From Methylococcales bacterium (lineage in GTDB: Bacteria; Pseudomonadota; Gammaproteobacteria; Methylococcales; Methylomonadaceae): a DNA stretch of 64,000 nt. A program made the translations under genes and the position numbers. The notes beneath the pieces are model-generated. The model did no database searches. It worked only from the letters and a program-made list of their open reading frames with translations, and had not been told where the DNA came from. The stretch covers positions 28,977 to 92,976 of the forward strand of contig JBEBJQ010000005.1 in assembly GCA_040079795.1 (NCBI GenBank), given 5' to 3'. This document shows, in pieces, positions 1 to 10,204 of this stretch (its first letter is position 1; each line of letters opens with the position of its first letter).

Positions 1-760
1 TTTTCGAAATTTTATCGACGATCAATTGACCATCTGCAGCTTCAAGGATAGTTAGCCGGGTTTTTTCCGCAAGTTCGGCATCTTGGATACTGAATTGGGT
101 GGCTTTTTCACCGTTAAATTGGGTAAGTTTGGCTTTAAAGGGTTGATCAGAAGCCGTTAGTGCTGCCTCGATAGTCCAGTATTCGCGGGACTTAAACGCT
201 TCAATTTCCAGTTCGCGTTCCACTATCATGCGCAGCGCCGGACTTTGTACGCGTCCGGCGGACAGGCCCCGACGAATTTTTTTCCATAATAGGGGTGATA
301 AATTGAAGCCTACCAGATAATCTAGGGCGCGCCGTGCCTGTTGGGCATTAATCAAGTTAACCGCTAATACCCCGGGATTTGCAATGGCTTCAGTTACTGC
401 TTTTTTAGTGATCTCGTGAAAAATAACCCGATGTACCGTTTTGTTTTTGAGTTGTTTTTTGTCGTTTAAGAGTTCATATAGATGCCAGGAAATTGCCTCG
501 CCTTCCCGATCAGGGTCGGTAGCAAGATAGAGTGTATCAGCATCTTTTAGTGCTTTAGTGATTTCTTGTACATGCCTTTGATTCCGGTCAATAAGCTGGT
601 ATTTCATTGCAAAATCATGTTCGGTATCCACTGCGCCTTCTTTGGGTACCAAATCTCTGACATGACCGTAGGATGCCAAGACTTTAAAATCTTTGCCCAG
701 ATATTTTTCAATGGTTTTTGATTTTGCAGGTGATTCTACAATGACAAGGTTTTTACTCAT
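1..760 (-). CDS. topA: DNA topoisomerase I, N-terminal part (gene runs off the left edge)
   Basis: Minus-strand translation from the ATG at 760-758 reads MSKNLVIVESPAKSKTIEKYLGKDFKVLASYGHVRDL...ATDPDREGEAISWH (Toprim/TopA signature). The frame is open to position 1. It lies downstream of dprA-smg as in many gammaproteobacteria. Confidence 0.9.
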   Translation of the reverse strand, partial: MSKNLVIVESPAKSKTIEKYLGKDFKVLASYGHVRDLVPKEGAVDTEHDFAMKYQLIDRNQRHVQEITKALKDADTLYLATDPDREGEAISWHLYELLNDKKQLKNKTVHRVIFHEITKKAVTEAIANPGVLAVNLINAQQARRALDYLVGFNLSPLLWKKIRRGLSAGRVQSPALRMIVERELEIEAFKSREYWTIEAALTASDQPFKAKLTQFNGEKATQFSIQDAELAEKTRLTILEAADGQLIVDKISK

Positions 761-783
761 TAGAGGCAGTTGCTTTAGTAATA

Positions 784-1260
784 TTAATGTAAATAATCGG
801 GTGCAAAATCGTAGATCATATCTTCCATTCTTGAAAAAGCCAGGGCTTCATCCGGTAAGCTCAGCAAGACCATTAATACAATCCACTTTAATTTTTCCAA
901 TGAAATATCTTCATCTTCCAGTGCCATCGCCCGATCAATAACAATTTCACGGTTGGTAGAGTTTATGATGCCGCTTTTTTCCAGGAAGATTAAAAGATTC
1001 TGACAGTCTATGTCTAGCTTTGCTTGTTCTTGATGGCAAAAAATACGGAAATTAGGGGTGTGGGAAGTCGCCAGAGAGCCTTGTAAACTTAATGATTCAA
1101 GCCAGTTAAAGGCTTTAGTCACCTCTGGTTGTTCGAAACCGGCTTCCAGTAGTTCGGTACGGATAGCATCACTATCGATGAAGTCGCCAAACTCTTCGTT
1201 ATCCATATAGTTTTCAAACAAATAAATCAGCACATCAAAAATGTCTTCTTTCATAGTCAC
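784..1260 (-). CDS. smg: Smg protein (DUF494)
   Basis: 158-aa ORF starting MKEDIFDVLIYLFENYMD, typical of Smg. It occupies the conserved position between dprA and topA. Confidence 0.85.
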   Translation of the reverse strand: MTMKEDIFDVLIYLFENYMDNEEFGDFIDSDAIRTELLEAGFEQPEVTKAFNWLESLSLQGSLATSHTPNFRIFCHQEQAKLDIDCQNLLIFLEKSGIINSTNREIVIDRAMALEDEDISLEKLKWIVLMVLLSLPDEALAFSRMEDMIYDFAPDYLH

Positions 1261-1262
1261 TT

Positions 1263-2369
1263 TTATTTAATACGAATATAGCCGCCACCGGGTGCGGATG
1301 TAATATAGCCTTGTAATTCTAATAGCAAGAGCATCGAGGCAATGATTTCAACGGATTGGCTCGTTTGTGTTACTAAATGATCAACCGATGTCGGGCTGTA
1401 TAGGATGAGATTCAATAATTTTTGTTGCTCTAGGTCAAGTAATGATTGCGATTGCGCCACTACTATTTCGTTAACCTTTTGATTGTATTGCACAAGCTCT
1501 TCAAGAATATGTTGAGTTGTTTCGACAAGCTTGGCACCTTCCCGTATCAGCGCATTACAACCTCTGGCGAGTGGATTATGGATAGACCCTGGGATTGCAA
1601 AAACTTCCCGGTTTTGCTCCAAGGCCATGCGCGCACTGATTAGGGATCCGCTTTGCTGGGCTGCTTCAACAACCAGCAATCCTTGAGATAGGCCGCTGAT
1701 TATACGGTTTCTTCTGGGGAAATGGTTGGCTTTTGCAGTGGTGCCTGGCGGAAACTCGGAAACAATTGCACCCTGAGTAATAATATCCGTAGCCAGTTGT
1801 TTGTGGCAAGCTGGATAAATGCGGTCTAAACCGGTTCCGGCGACGGCAATGGTAAAGCCATTTGCGTCCAGGGCACCCTGGTGGCTTGCGGCATCAATGC
1901 CGAGTGCCAAGCCGCTGGTGATGGTAAACCCAAATTGCGTTAAGGTACCTGCAAAATTATGGGCGATTTTTTTGCCATCTGCGGTTGGGTTGCGGCTGCC
2001 GACAATTGCGATTTGGGGCGACTTTAACAGTTGCGCATTTCCGCGAACAAATAAAATGGGTGGTGGATCGGCAATTTCTTTTAACTGTTCTGGATAGGCA
2101 GCATCATTTAAGGTGATCGCCTGATTATCAGGATTTTCTAGCCAAGTTAAATCAGCACTGATAGTGTCCCAGTTTGGTTGTCGAATCGCTTCGATACTGC
2201 GCTCGGCCAGCCCAAGGTCTTTAAGTGCTGTATAGGATTCACTAAATAACTGTTCTGGTTGTAAAGTGTCCAGGATTTTAAGAAAAGTTCGACACCCTAC
2301 GCCAGGTATGCGTAATAAGGCTAACCAGAAGCGTAAGGACTCGATGTTGGTATGGTTTTGTTTATTCAG
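1263..2369 (-). CDS. dprA: DNA-processing protein DprA (start codon uncertain, non-canonical)
   Basis: The Rossmann-like core is present (GLALGIDAASHQGAL...SGSLISARMALEQNREVFAIPG). The frame stays open upstream to a TAA at 2382-2384 and encodes the usual N-terminal SAM-like region (LRFWLALLRIPGVGCRTFLKILD). No ATG/GTG/TTG occurs in frame upstream of the TTG at 1910. The 2369 end is the CTG that overlaps the upstream stop (CTGA). Confidence 0.8.
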   Translation of the reverse strand: MNKQNHTNIESLRFWLALLRIPGVGCRTFLKILDTLQPEQLFSESYTALKDLGLAERSIEAIRQPNWDTISADLTWLENPDNQAITLNDAAYPEQLKEIADPPPILFVRGNAQLLKSPQIAIVGSRNPTADGKKIAHNFAGTLTQFGFTITSGLALGIDAASHQGALDANGFTIAVAGTGLDRIYPACHKQLATDIITQGAIVSEFPPGTTAKANHFPRRNRIISGLSQGLLVVEAAQQSGSLISARMALEQNREVFAIPGSIHNPLARGCNALIREGAKLVETTQHILEELVQYNQKVNEIVVAQSQSLLDLEQQKLLNLILYSPTSVDHLVTQTSQSVEIIASMLLLLELQGYITSAPGGGYIRIK

Positions 2370-3409
2370 GGGGATTGTACTTTATCTAAAATATGAATGG
2401 CTTGCGATGCCTGCATAACCAAGGCATAGCTAACATTTTTAAAAACCCGGTATACCATTAAACTACCGGCCATTTCGTCGGGGAGTATAACGGCGGTGTC
2501 TTTTTCTTCAGCGTAAGGATCTGCAAGTAGTTTACCACGTTGGTAAATATCCAGGACATGTCCCACCACCAAACCTTCCTCCGTGCCTTTATTAAGTACC
2601 ACGGTATTATATTGACCGATTTGTGATACACCGTTTAAAACACTAATAATGCTGCCATTAACCGGTTTTTCTGGTGGGTGGGGGAAATAGTTGAGGGTTA
2701 CTTCGCTAGCGGTATTGGGCATCAAGCGGTCACCGGTGCGAACTTCACTATTGGCTTTATTAATTAATAGCGTCGCAGGATCACCTTGTTTTTGCAGTGT
2801 CGTATCGGCTATAAATTCGGCTTCATAGCCTAAAATTTCTTTTGACTCAGGGTCAGCATATGCCTGACCTTTACGGTAAACGGTGTAGTTTAAACCAGGC
2901 GGTTCGGTAATCGCGCGAACATAGATCCGGTCGCCGGCGCCTGTAATCAGATGTTCGTTTGCAAAACTCAGTACATAAGGCGCAACATTCAACTCATCTT
3001 CAGTTACCACTTTAGGGGAAGATAAAAATTGATCAATGGCGTTGACGGGCAATAATTTAATGGCTTCTACCAGGGGGGTTTCACGGATTTGAGGACTCAG
3101 TTTTTCATATCTGACCGCATTGCGGTTACGGTTGGCAACCCGGATTTGAGGTTTACCGTTAACCATTGAAAACACTAAAACATCACCGGGATAAATGAAG
3201 TTAGGGTTCTTGGCGTTTGGGTTGTTTTGCCACAAACGCGGCCATTGTGCGGGTTTTTTAAGAAATTTACTGGCAATATTCCACAGCGTATCACCTTCAG
3301 CAACTTGATATTGATTAGGATGTGCAGGGTTAAGGTCAATTTCAGCAGCGGTTGCAGTGATGCTAAAAACAAGCGGGATAAGCCATCCCAGGGCTGCGCG
3401 TAATACCAT
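2366..3409 (-). CDS. LysM peptidoglycan-binding protein (TsaP-like position next to dprA/def)
   Basis: 347-aa ORF with a signal peptide and a LysM motif (YQVAEGDTLWNIASKFLKKPAQWPRLWQNNPNAKNPNFIYPGDVLV). The neighbourhood between def and dprA is conserved. Confidence 0.75.
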   Translation of the reverse strand: MVLRAALGWLIPLVFSITATAAEIDLNPAHPNQYQVAEGDTLWNIASKFLKKPAQWPRLWQNNPNAKNPNFIYPGDVLVFSMVNGKPQIRVANRNRNAVRYEKLSPQIRETPLVEAIKLLPVNAIDQFLSSPKVVTEDELNVAPYVLSFANEHLITGAGDRIYVRAITEPPGLNYTVYRKGQAYADPESKEILGYEAEFIADTTLQKQGDPATLLINKANSEVRTGDRLMPNTASEVTLNYFPHPPEKPVNGSIISVLNGVSQIGQYNTVVLNKGTEEGLVVGHVLDIYQRGKLLADPYAEEKDTAVILPDEMAGSLMVYRVFKNVSYALVMQASQAIHILDKVQSP

Positions 3410-3576
3410 ACAAAAGTCCTGTGAGTAATGGTGGTGTCAGTCAGAATTATTCAGCGGAAACGTGGACATCATTAATACACTAATGAATATTTAAGCTGAA
3501 TTAATTTAATTCGAATTCAAAGTTTAGATGAATTCAGTTAAAATTCCAGTCTTTAGCTATTATAACGGAGAGATCG

Positions 3577-4080
3577 GTGGGATTATTAACTATTCTTGAG
3601 TTTCCTGATGAACGCTTGCGTAAACAGGCGGCAGACGTCAAGGTTGTTGATGAGGCCATCAAAAGCCTGGTTCAGGATATGTTTGAGACTATGTACGAGG
3701 CGCATGGTGTTGGGCTTGCTGCAACGCAGGTTAACGTGCATAAGCGGGTTATTGTGATTGATACCAGTGAGGAAAAAAATGCGCCGTTGTGCTTAATAAA
3801 CCCCATTATTTTGTCCAGAAATGGTGAGACGGAAAGTAATGAAGGCTGTTTATCGGTACCGGGTTTTTTTGAGCCTGTGGTTCGTTCTGAATATATCCTG
3901 GTTCAAGCCTTGGATGCTGATGGGGTTAGTTTTGAGCTAGAAGCGGAAGGCCTGCTCAGTGTGTGTATTCAGCATGAAATGGATCATTTGCTGGGTAAAC
4001 TGTTTGTTGATTATCTGTCTTCCTTTAAGCGTCAGCGCATTAAAAAGAAGCTGGAAAAAAGCCATAAATTGGGAAATTAA
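3577..4080 (+). CDS. def: peptide deformylase
   Basis: Deformylase motifs [14 protein letters not shown] and QHEMDH. GTG start with GGAGAG 5 nt upstream. Confidence 0.95.
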   Translation: MGLLTILEFPDERLRKQAADVKVVDEAIKSLVQDMFETMYEAHGVGLAATQVNVHKRVIVIDTSEEKNAPLCLINPIILSRNGETESNEGCLSVPGFFEPVVRSEYILVQALDADGVSFELEAEGLLSVCIQHEMDHLLGKLFVDYLSSFKRQRIKKKLEKSHKLGN

Positions 4081-4087
4081 CGCGCAC

Positions 4088-5011
4088 ATGAAAATTATTT
4101 TTGCTGGCACGCCGGCATTTGCTGTGCCGACTTTACAAATGCTCATTAATTCTGAGCATCAAATCTGTGCGGTTTATACCCAACCAGATCGTCCAGCGGG
4201 TCGCGGGCGGCATTTAACGCCGAGTCCGGTTAAGGTTTTGGCAGTACAGGCAGGTATTCCGGTCTATCAACCTGAAACCTTAAAAACGCCTGAAGCATTG
4301 GCGCAATTACGTGCTCTGGAAGCGGATTTGATGGTTGTAGTGGCGTTTGGAATGCTCTTGCCGCAAACAGTTTTGGATGTCCCTAAAATGGGTTGTATTA
4401 ACGTGCATGCGTCGCTTTTACCGCGCTGGCGCGGTGCCGCACCTATACAGCGGTCAATTATGGCGGGTGATGCCGAAACGGGTGTGACCATTATGCAAAT
4501 TGCCCTTAAGTTGGATGCAGGCGATATGCTGCATAAAGAAGTTTTGAAAATTGGTGAGCACGATACGGCCATTGATGTGCATGACCAATTGGCTGAGTTA
4601 GGCGCGAGCGGCCTGCAAAAGGTCTTAGCCAGGTTGCAGTCTGGAACGCTGCAACCGGAACCGCAAGCTGAAGCATTAGTCACTTACGCTGCTAAATTAC
4701 ACAAACAGGAAGCAACGCTAGATTGGACACAGCCCGCTTTACAGCTGTCAAGGCAAGTAAGGGGCTTATATGGCTGGCCTGTTGCGCAATCCTCCTTACA
4801 TGGACAAGTTATGCGTATCTGGCGGGCGCACGAAGCTGCTGGCGAGGTCAACGTAGTCCCCGGCACGGTGCTGCGGGAAGAGCATGGCTTAAAAGTCGCC
4901 ACGGGTGCAGGGTGGTTGTGCTTGGACGAAGTTCAGTTACCGGGTGGTAAGCGTTTGCCGATCAGGGATTTTATGAACTCTCACTCGATAGAAGGCAGTA
5001 GGTTAGGATGA
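4088..5011 (+). CDS. fmt: methionyl-tRNA formyltransferase
   Basis: MKIIFAGTPAFAVPTLQML...HASLLPRWRGAAPIQ. I chose the ATG at 4088 rather than the 3959 ORF start, which overlaps def. Confidence 0.95.
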   Translation: MKIIFAGTPAFAVPTLQMLINSEHQICAVYTQPDRPAGRGRHLTPSPVKVLAVQAGIPVYQPETLKTPEALAQLRALEADLMVVVAFGMLLPQTVLDVPKMGCINVHASLLPRWRGAAPIQRSIMAGDAETGVTIMQIALKLDAGDMLHKEVLKIGEHDTAIDVHDQLAELGASGLQKVLARLQSGTLQPEPQAEALVTYAAKLHKQEATLDWTQPALQLSRQVRGLYGWPVAQSSLHGQVMRIWRAHEAAGEVNVVPGTVLREEHGLKVATGAGWLCLDEVQLPGGKRLPIRDFMNSHSIEGSRLG

Positions 5012-5066
5012 AGCTTAAGTCGACCCTAATTCGACATTTAGAGACGCGCTATTTTGCGTCTCCAGG

Positions 5067-6362
5067 ATGAATACGCGCGCAGTCGCTATTACTGTATTGC
5101 TGCGGGTGTTGAAGGATCGGCATTCCTTAACCGCGGCATTGGAGGCGTCCCTACCGGCTATTTCGGTAATTCAGGAGCGTGCTTTTATCCAAGCGCTTTG
5201 TTATGGCGTGATACGGCATTATTTTGAATTGGAGAGTTTGTTAAACGTATTGCTGGATAAGCCGTTAAAAGCTAAAGATCTCGAAGTTAAAGTTTTAGCG
5301 CTTATCGGCCTTTATCAGCTCAAATATATGCGCGTTAAAGAACATGCCGCAGTTTCTGAAACGGTTGCTGCTGCCAAACGCCAACCGTGGGCTAAAGCAT
5401 TATTAAATGCAGTGTTCAGGCGCTATGGGCGCGAACGTGAGGAATTAAGCGTATTAACAAACAATGCACTGTCCGCGCACTATAATCATCCTGATTGGTT
5501 AATTGCCCGTATTCGGCAGGATTGGCCGGAACAAGCGGAGCAGCTTTTAGCAGCCAATAACCAACCGCCGCCTCTGGCATTACGTGTAAATTTGGCACGT
5601 TGTAGTCGTGAGGTTTATTTTGAACTCTTAGTAGCTGCTGGTATTGCTGCGGAAATAGGTAGCTATAGTCCGGCCGCACTCATTATTACCCAACCCATTC
5701 CGGTCAATGAATTACCGCAGTTTGCCGAGGGTTGGGTATCTGTGCAGGATACTGCGGCGCAATTGGCAGCGCAATTACTGGATGCAAAACCTGGGCAGCG
5801 GGTATTGGATTTGTGTGCTGCACCCGGCGGCAAAACCTGTGCAATACTCGAAGTACAGCCGGCTTTGCAAACCATGTGGGCTGTAGACATTGATGCAAAC
5901 CGTTTGGCGCGGGTGCAAACCAATCTGGAGCGATTGGGTTTAAACGCAGAATTGCATATCGGTGATGGGTCAGCAATAGCAACATGGTGGGACGGGCAGC
6001 TATTCGACCGGATTTTAGTGGACGCACCCTGCTCGGCGATAGGCGTGATCCGCCGGCATCCTGACATTAAACTTTTGCGCCTGGCTTCCGATATTGAGCC
6101 GTTGGTTGCACTACAATACGCTATCTTAAAACAGGCATGGCAAATGCTTGCGCCCGGTGGCGTTTTGTTATACGCCACGTGCTCGGTGCTAAAACAAGAA
6201 AACCAGCAGCAAATACAAAATTTTTTAAATGCCTATCCAGATGCTGCGGAGTGGCCTATTGAAGCAGCCTGGGGACTACCAGTGCAGATAGGCCGACAGA
6301 TCCTCACTGGTACGCAGGGGATGGATGGGTTTTATTATGCGCGATTGCTTAAAAGTGCTTAA
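5067..6362 (+). CDS. rsmB: 16S rRNA (cytosine967-C5)-methyltransferase
   Basis: N-terminal NusB-like region plus a SAM methyltransferase core (DLCAAPGGKT, DAPCSAIGVIRRHPD, LLYATCS). def-fmt-rsmB synteny. Confidence 0.9.
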   Translation: MNTRAVAITVLLRVLKDRHSLTAALEASLPAISVIQERAFIQALCYGVIRHYFELESLLNVLLDKPLKAKDLEVKVLALIGLYQLKYMRVKEHAAVSETVAAAKRQPWAKALLNAVFRRYGREREELSVLTNNALSAHYNHPDWLIARIRQDWPEQAEQLLAANNQPPPLALRVNLARCSREVYFELLVAAGIAAEIGSYSPAALIITQPIPVNELPQFAEGWVSVQDTAAQLAAQLLDAKPGQRVLDLCAAPGGKTCAILEVQPALQTMWAVDIDANRLARVQTNLERLGLNAELHIGDGSAIATWWDGQLFDRILVDAPCSAIGVIRRHPDIKLLRLASDIEPLVALQYAILKQAWQMLAPGGVLLYATCSVLKQENQQQIQNFLNAYPDAAEWPIEAAWGLPVQIGRQILTGTQGMDGFYYARLLKSA

Positions 6363-6927
6363 GCGCCTTGCTGGCTGCGGCGTACTTTGGTGGTTTGTTA
6401 TGGGGGCGTCATTGTTACCTTCGATTACTCCGGCAGAAGATCGCTATGCGACCACCATTAAACAAGCGCAGGTAGAGCTACAAGGTAATTATTATGTTTT
6501 GAATGCTGAGCTTAACTATAATTTAAGTCCGGCAGCGAAAGCAGCCCTATTGAAAGGCATTGCCTTAACTTGGACGGTACCGGTTATCTTGCAGCAACAA
6601 CGCAACTATCTTTGGGATAAAGAAATCTTGCGTTTAACCCTGCGTTATCAGGTGCAATATTTTGCGCTGTTAAATGTTTATCGTGTAAAAGCAGAACATT
6701 CCGGGCAAGTGAATAGTTTTACTTCTCTTGCGGCCGCTTTAAATTCTATTGCGTTGATACATGCGCTTAAGCTTGTGGATAAAACCCAATTGCCAATGGA
6801 TCAAACTTATCAGGTTAAACTGAAGGTCGGTTTTGAACGTGAAGCGTTACCGATCCCCTTGCGTCCCACGGCTTACTTTGATCGGCAATGGTATTTATCC
6901 AGTGATTGGTTTGTGTTCAGGATTTAG
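6325..6927 (+). CDS. DUF4390-like secreted protein
   Basis: 200-aa ORF with a signal-like N-terminus, at the usual position directly after rsmB. An alternative ATG lies at 6337. Confidence 0.6.
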   Translation: MGFIMRDCLKVLKRLAGCGVLWWFVMGASLLPSITPAEDRYATTIKQAQVELQGNYYVLNAELNYNLSPAAKAALLKGIALTWTVPVILQQQRNYLWDKEILRLTLRYQVQYFALLNVYRVKAEHSGQVNSFTSLAAALNSIALIHALKLVDKTQLPMDQTYQVKLKVGFEREALPIPLRPTAYFDRQWYLSSDWFVFRI

Positions 6928-6972
6928 TTTTTTAAATAATTTTCATTTCTTCCCTACGCCCAGGAGTTTTCA

Positions 6973-7452
6973 ATGAATATCCCTCAAGAAGCCCGTCCCC
7001 CTTTTCCGCCTTTTACCCGTGAAACGGCTATGCAAAAAGTTCGTGCGGCTGAAGACGCCTGGAATAACCGTGATCCCGAGCGTATCGCCCTGGCCTATAC
7101 CATCGATAGCCAGTGGCGGAATCGTAACGAATTTCCGGTAGGTCGGGCGCAAATTGTCGCTTTTTTGCAGCGCAAATGGACACGGGAACTCGACTATCGT
7201 TTAATCAAAGAGCTTTGGGCATTTGAGGGTAATAGGATTGCCGTGCGCTTTGCTTATGAGTGGCACAACGACACTGGTGAGTGGTTTCGTTCCTATGGCA
7301 ATGAAAACTGGGCATTTGATGAGAATGGTTTAATGCGTCAGCGGTACGCCAGTATTAATGATTTACCGATAGCGGAAGCGGATCGGAAATTTCATTGGCC
7401 ACCAGGCCGTCGCCCAGATGAGCATCCGGGATTAAGCGCTTTGGGTCTTTGA
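6973..7452 (+). CDS. DUF1348 / NTF2-like family protein
   Basis: [43 protein letters not shown]...[12 protein letters not shown] matches my memory of DUF1348. AGGAG RBS upstream. Confidence 0.7.
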   Translation: MNIPQEARPPFPPFTRETAMQKVRAAEDAWNNRDPERIALAYTIDSQWRNRNEFPVGRAQIVAFLQRKWTRELDYRLIKELWAFEGNRIAVRFAYEWHNDTGEWFRSYGNENWAFDENGLMRQRYASINDLPIAEADRKFHWPPGRRPDEHPGLSALGL

Positions 7453-7609
7453 CCGATTTATAAGGGTTGTAGGGTTGGCTATTTCCCCTTCGCAAACGTA
7501 GAACCGGGTAGGTGTGTGTAGTCATTGCGGTCACTTGACATAAACACCTATTAACAGTACCTTGAGTGGTTTTTTTAATTTAACCTAAACCTGTTTACAA
7601 GAGCCGTCA

Positions 7610-8794
7610 ATGGAAGAATTTCATCGCATCAGTCGTTTGCCCCCCTACGTTTTTAATATCGTTAATGAATTAAAAGCCAAAGCGCGTGCCGCAGGTGAGG
7701 ATATTATTGATTTTGGCATGGGAAATCCTGATCAGCCGACCCCCAAACACATTGTTGATAAATTGATCGAAGCTGCGGAACGCGGAGATACCCATCGTTA
7801 TTCGGTTTCTAAAGGGATTCCTCGCTTACGCAAAGCAATTTGCGGCTGGTACAAAAGACGCTTTAATGTTGAGTTGAATGCTGATTCGGAAGCTATTGTC
7901 ACTATTGGCTCAAAAGAAGGTTTGGCGCATTTGGCTTTGGCCACTTTAGGGCCTGGCGATGTCGTATTGGTGCCGAATCCTGCTTACCCGATCCATCCTT
8001 ATGGAGTGGTGATTGCTGGCGCGGATTTACGCCATGTCCCCATGATTAAAGGTGTAGATTTTTTTGAAGAGCTGCAAAAAGCCATCGTAGACAGCTGGCC
8101 GAAGCCTAAAATGCTCATCTTGAACTTCCCCGGTAACCCAACCAGCCAATGCGTTGAATTGGATTTTTTTGAGAAAATCATCGCGGTTGCCAAAGAACAT
8201 AATATCTGGGTAGTTCACGATTTAGCATACACCGATATTGTTTTTGACGGCTATGTTGCGCCCTCCATTCTTCAGGTTGAAGGGGCTAAAGACATTGCAG
8301 TCGAATTTTTCTCCATGTCAAAAAGCTATAACATGCCCGGCTGGCGGGTTGGTTTTATGTGTGGTAATCAGCAGCTGGTTTCCGCTTTGGCAAGGATCAA
8401 GTCCTATTTGGATTATGGCACCTTCACCCCGATTCAAATTGCTGCGATCGCCGCTTTGGAAGGCCCGCAGGATTGTGTTGTGGACATTTGCGAAATGTAT
8501 CGCAAACGCCGGGACGTATTATGTGAAGGATTGGTGAGTATCGGCTGGCAGGTTGAAAAACCTAAAGCGACAATGTTCCTATGGGCACCGATTCCAGACG
8601 CTTACAAAGAAATGGGTTCGTTAGAGTTTTCTAAAAAATTATTACTGGAAGCCAAGGTGGCGGTATCACCGGGTATTGGTTTTGGCCAATATGGGGACGA
8701 TCATGTCCGTTTTAGTTTGATTGAAAATGAGCACCGCACTCGGCAAGCGATTCGGGGTATCAAAGCCATGTTTAAGAAAGACGGCGTTAAATAG
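7610..8794 (+). CDS. alaC: class I/II PLP aminotransferase, AlaC-type (glutamate-pyruvate aminotransferase)
   Basis: [44 protein letters not shown] and [15 protein letters not shown] (PLP lysine). The sequence is close to E. coli AlaC as I remember it. alaC-hom-thrC order. Confidence 0.8.
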   Translation: MEEFHRISRLPPYVFNIVNELKAKARAAGEDIIDFGMGNPDQPTPKHIVDKLIEAAERGDTHRYSVSKGIPRLRKAICGWYKRRFNVELNADSEAIVTIGSKEGLAHLALATLGPGDVVLVPNPAYPIHPYGVVIAGADLRHVPMIKGVDFFEELQKAIVDSWPKPKMLILNFPGNPTSQCVELDFFEKIIAVAKEHNIWVVHDLAYTDIVFDGYVAPSILQVEGAKDIAVEFFSMSKSYNMPGWRVGFMCGNQQLVSALARIKSYLDYGTFTPIQIAAIAALEGPQDCVVDICEMYRKRRDVLCEGLVSIGWQVEKPKATMFLWAPIPDAYKEMGSLEFSKKLLLEAKVAVSPGIGFGQYGDDHVRFSLIENEHRTRQAIRGIKAMFKKDGVK

Positions 8795-8886
8795 CCCAAT
8801 ATAAGGCAGAAGGCATTTGAAATACCAAGCTCAGAGCGGCTGTATTTTCCATTAAATCATTGAACAAATGTAGGCAGGAGTTAGAT

Positions 8887-10197
8887 TTGAAACCGGTAAA
8901 GATTGGGATTTTAGGCTTGGGCACTGTCGGTGGCGGTACGGTCAATGTCTTGCAACGTAATGCTGCCGTAGTGCGGGGCAGGGCGGGGCGGGATATTATT
9001 ATTACCCGTGCTTCTGCAAAAAACCTGACCCGCCAGCGTATTTGCGATACCCAAGGTATTCAGTTGACGGCTGATCCGTTTGAGGTGGTCAATGATCCCG
9101 ACATCGATATTATCCTGGAGCTAATGGGTGGGCTTACGCCGGCTAAAGAACTGGTCTTGCAAGCCATTACTAACGGTAAACATGTGGTAACAGCAAACAA
9201 AGCCCTCATTGCCTTGCATGGCAACGAAATTTTTCGTAAAGCGAGCGAACGTGGGGTGATGGTAGCGTTTGAAGCGGCTGTTGCGGGCGGAATACCGATT
9301 ATAAAAGCGATCCGTGAAGGCTTAAGTGGTAACCAGATTGAATGGCTGGCAGGCATCATAAACGGCACTGGCAATTTTATTTTGACTGAAATGCGCGATA
9401 AAGGCCGTGATTTCGGTGATGTATTAGCCGAAGCTCAAGCCTTGGGCTATGCTGAAGCCGACCCGACTTTTGATGTTGAAGGCATAGATGCCGGGCATAA
9501 GCTGACTATATTGGCTTCCATTGCTTTCGGAATTCCATTGCAATTTGACAAAGTGTATACCGAAGGCATTACGGCTATTACCCGTGCGGATGTGGAATAT
9601 GCAGAAGAGTTAGGGTATCGCATCAAACATTTGGGTATTGCGCGAAAAACGCCTGCGGGTATTGAGTTACGGGTACATCCGACGCTGATTCCTGAGCGGC
9701 GCTTAATTGCTAATGTCGATGGGGTTAAGAATGCCGTGCTGGTCTACGGTGATGCGGTTGGGCCGACGTTGTATTACGGCGCAGGTGCAGGCGCAGAACC
9801 TACTGCTTCCGCCGTAGTTGCGGATGTTGTGGATGTGGTCAGGGCACTTACCAGTGACCCGGAAAACCGTGTGCCGCATCTGGCATTTCAACCCGACGCT
9901 ATTGTTGAGCAGCCGGTATTAAGCTCCGAACAATTTACCACTGCCTATTATTTACGCTTAACCGCAGAAGATAAGCCTGGTGTGCTGGCGGAAGTCACCA
10001 AAATATTGGCCATACATCAAATCAGCATCGAAGCCATTATTCAAAAAGAACCCCAGCCGGATAAAACTACTTTGCCGGTGATTATGCTCACCCAAAAAAC
10101 CCTCGAAAAAGAAATGAATGCCGCGATTGCCGAGATTGAAGCGTTACAGTCAATTAGCGGTAAAGTAAGCCGTATTCGCTTAGAAACATTAGGATAA
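8887..10197 (+). CDS. hom: homoserine dehydrogenase
   Basis: KIGILGLGTVGGG NAD-binding motif and a C-terminal ACT region. I prefer the TTG at 8887, preceded by AGGAG, over the 8860 ORF start. Confidence 0.9.
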   Translation: MKPVKIGILGLGTVGGGTVNVLQRNAAVVRGRAGRDIIITRASAKNLTRQRICDTQGIQLTADPFEVVNDPDIDIILELMGGLTPAKELVLQAITNGKHVVTANKALIALHGNEIFRKASERGVMVAFEAAVAGGIPIIKAIREGLSGNQIEWLAGIINGTGNFILTEMRDKGRDFGDVLAEAQALGYAEADPTFDVEGIDAGHKLTILASIAFGIPLQFDKVYTEGITAITRADVEYAEELGYRIKHLGIARKTPAGIELRVHPTLIPERRLIANVDGVKNAVLVYGDAVGPTLYYGAGAGAEPTASAVVADVVDVVRALTSDPENRVPHLAFQPDAIVEQPVLSSEQFTTAYYLRLTAEDKPGVLAEVTKILAIHQISIEAIIQKEPQPDKTTLPVIMLTQKTLEKEMNAAIAEIEALQSISGKVSRIRLETLG

Positions 10198-10204
10198 TCA
10201 CACC

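Noticed and set aside
693-941. An 82-aa plus-strand ORF spanning the topA/smg junction
   Set aside because: It lies antisense to two well-supported genes and its translation has no recognisable features.
3959-4087. The long ORF start for fmt at 3959 overlaps the last 120 nt of def
   Set aside because: The extension reads as junk ([17 protein letters not shown]). The conserved Fmt N-terminus MKIIFAGTPAFAV begins at the ATG at 4088, 8 nt after the def stop.
7518-7550. gtagtcattgcggtcacttgac resembles the AGTCATTGTGG core block of the repeat family
   Set aside because: Only about 10 of 11 core bases match, with no flanking collinearity or hairpins. My rough estimate is that a match of this size is expected by chance in 128 kb of two-strand sequence.
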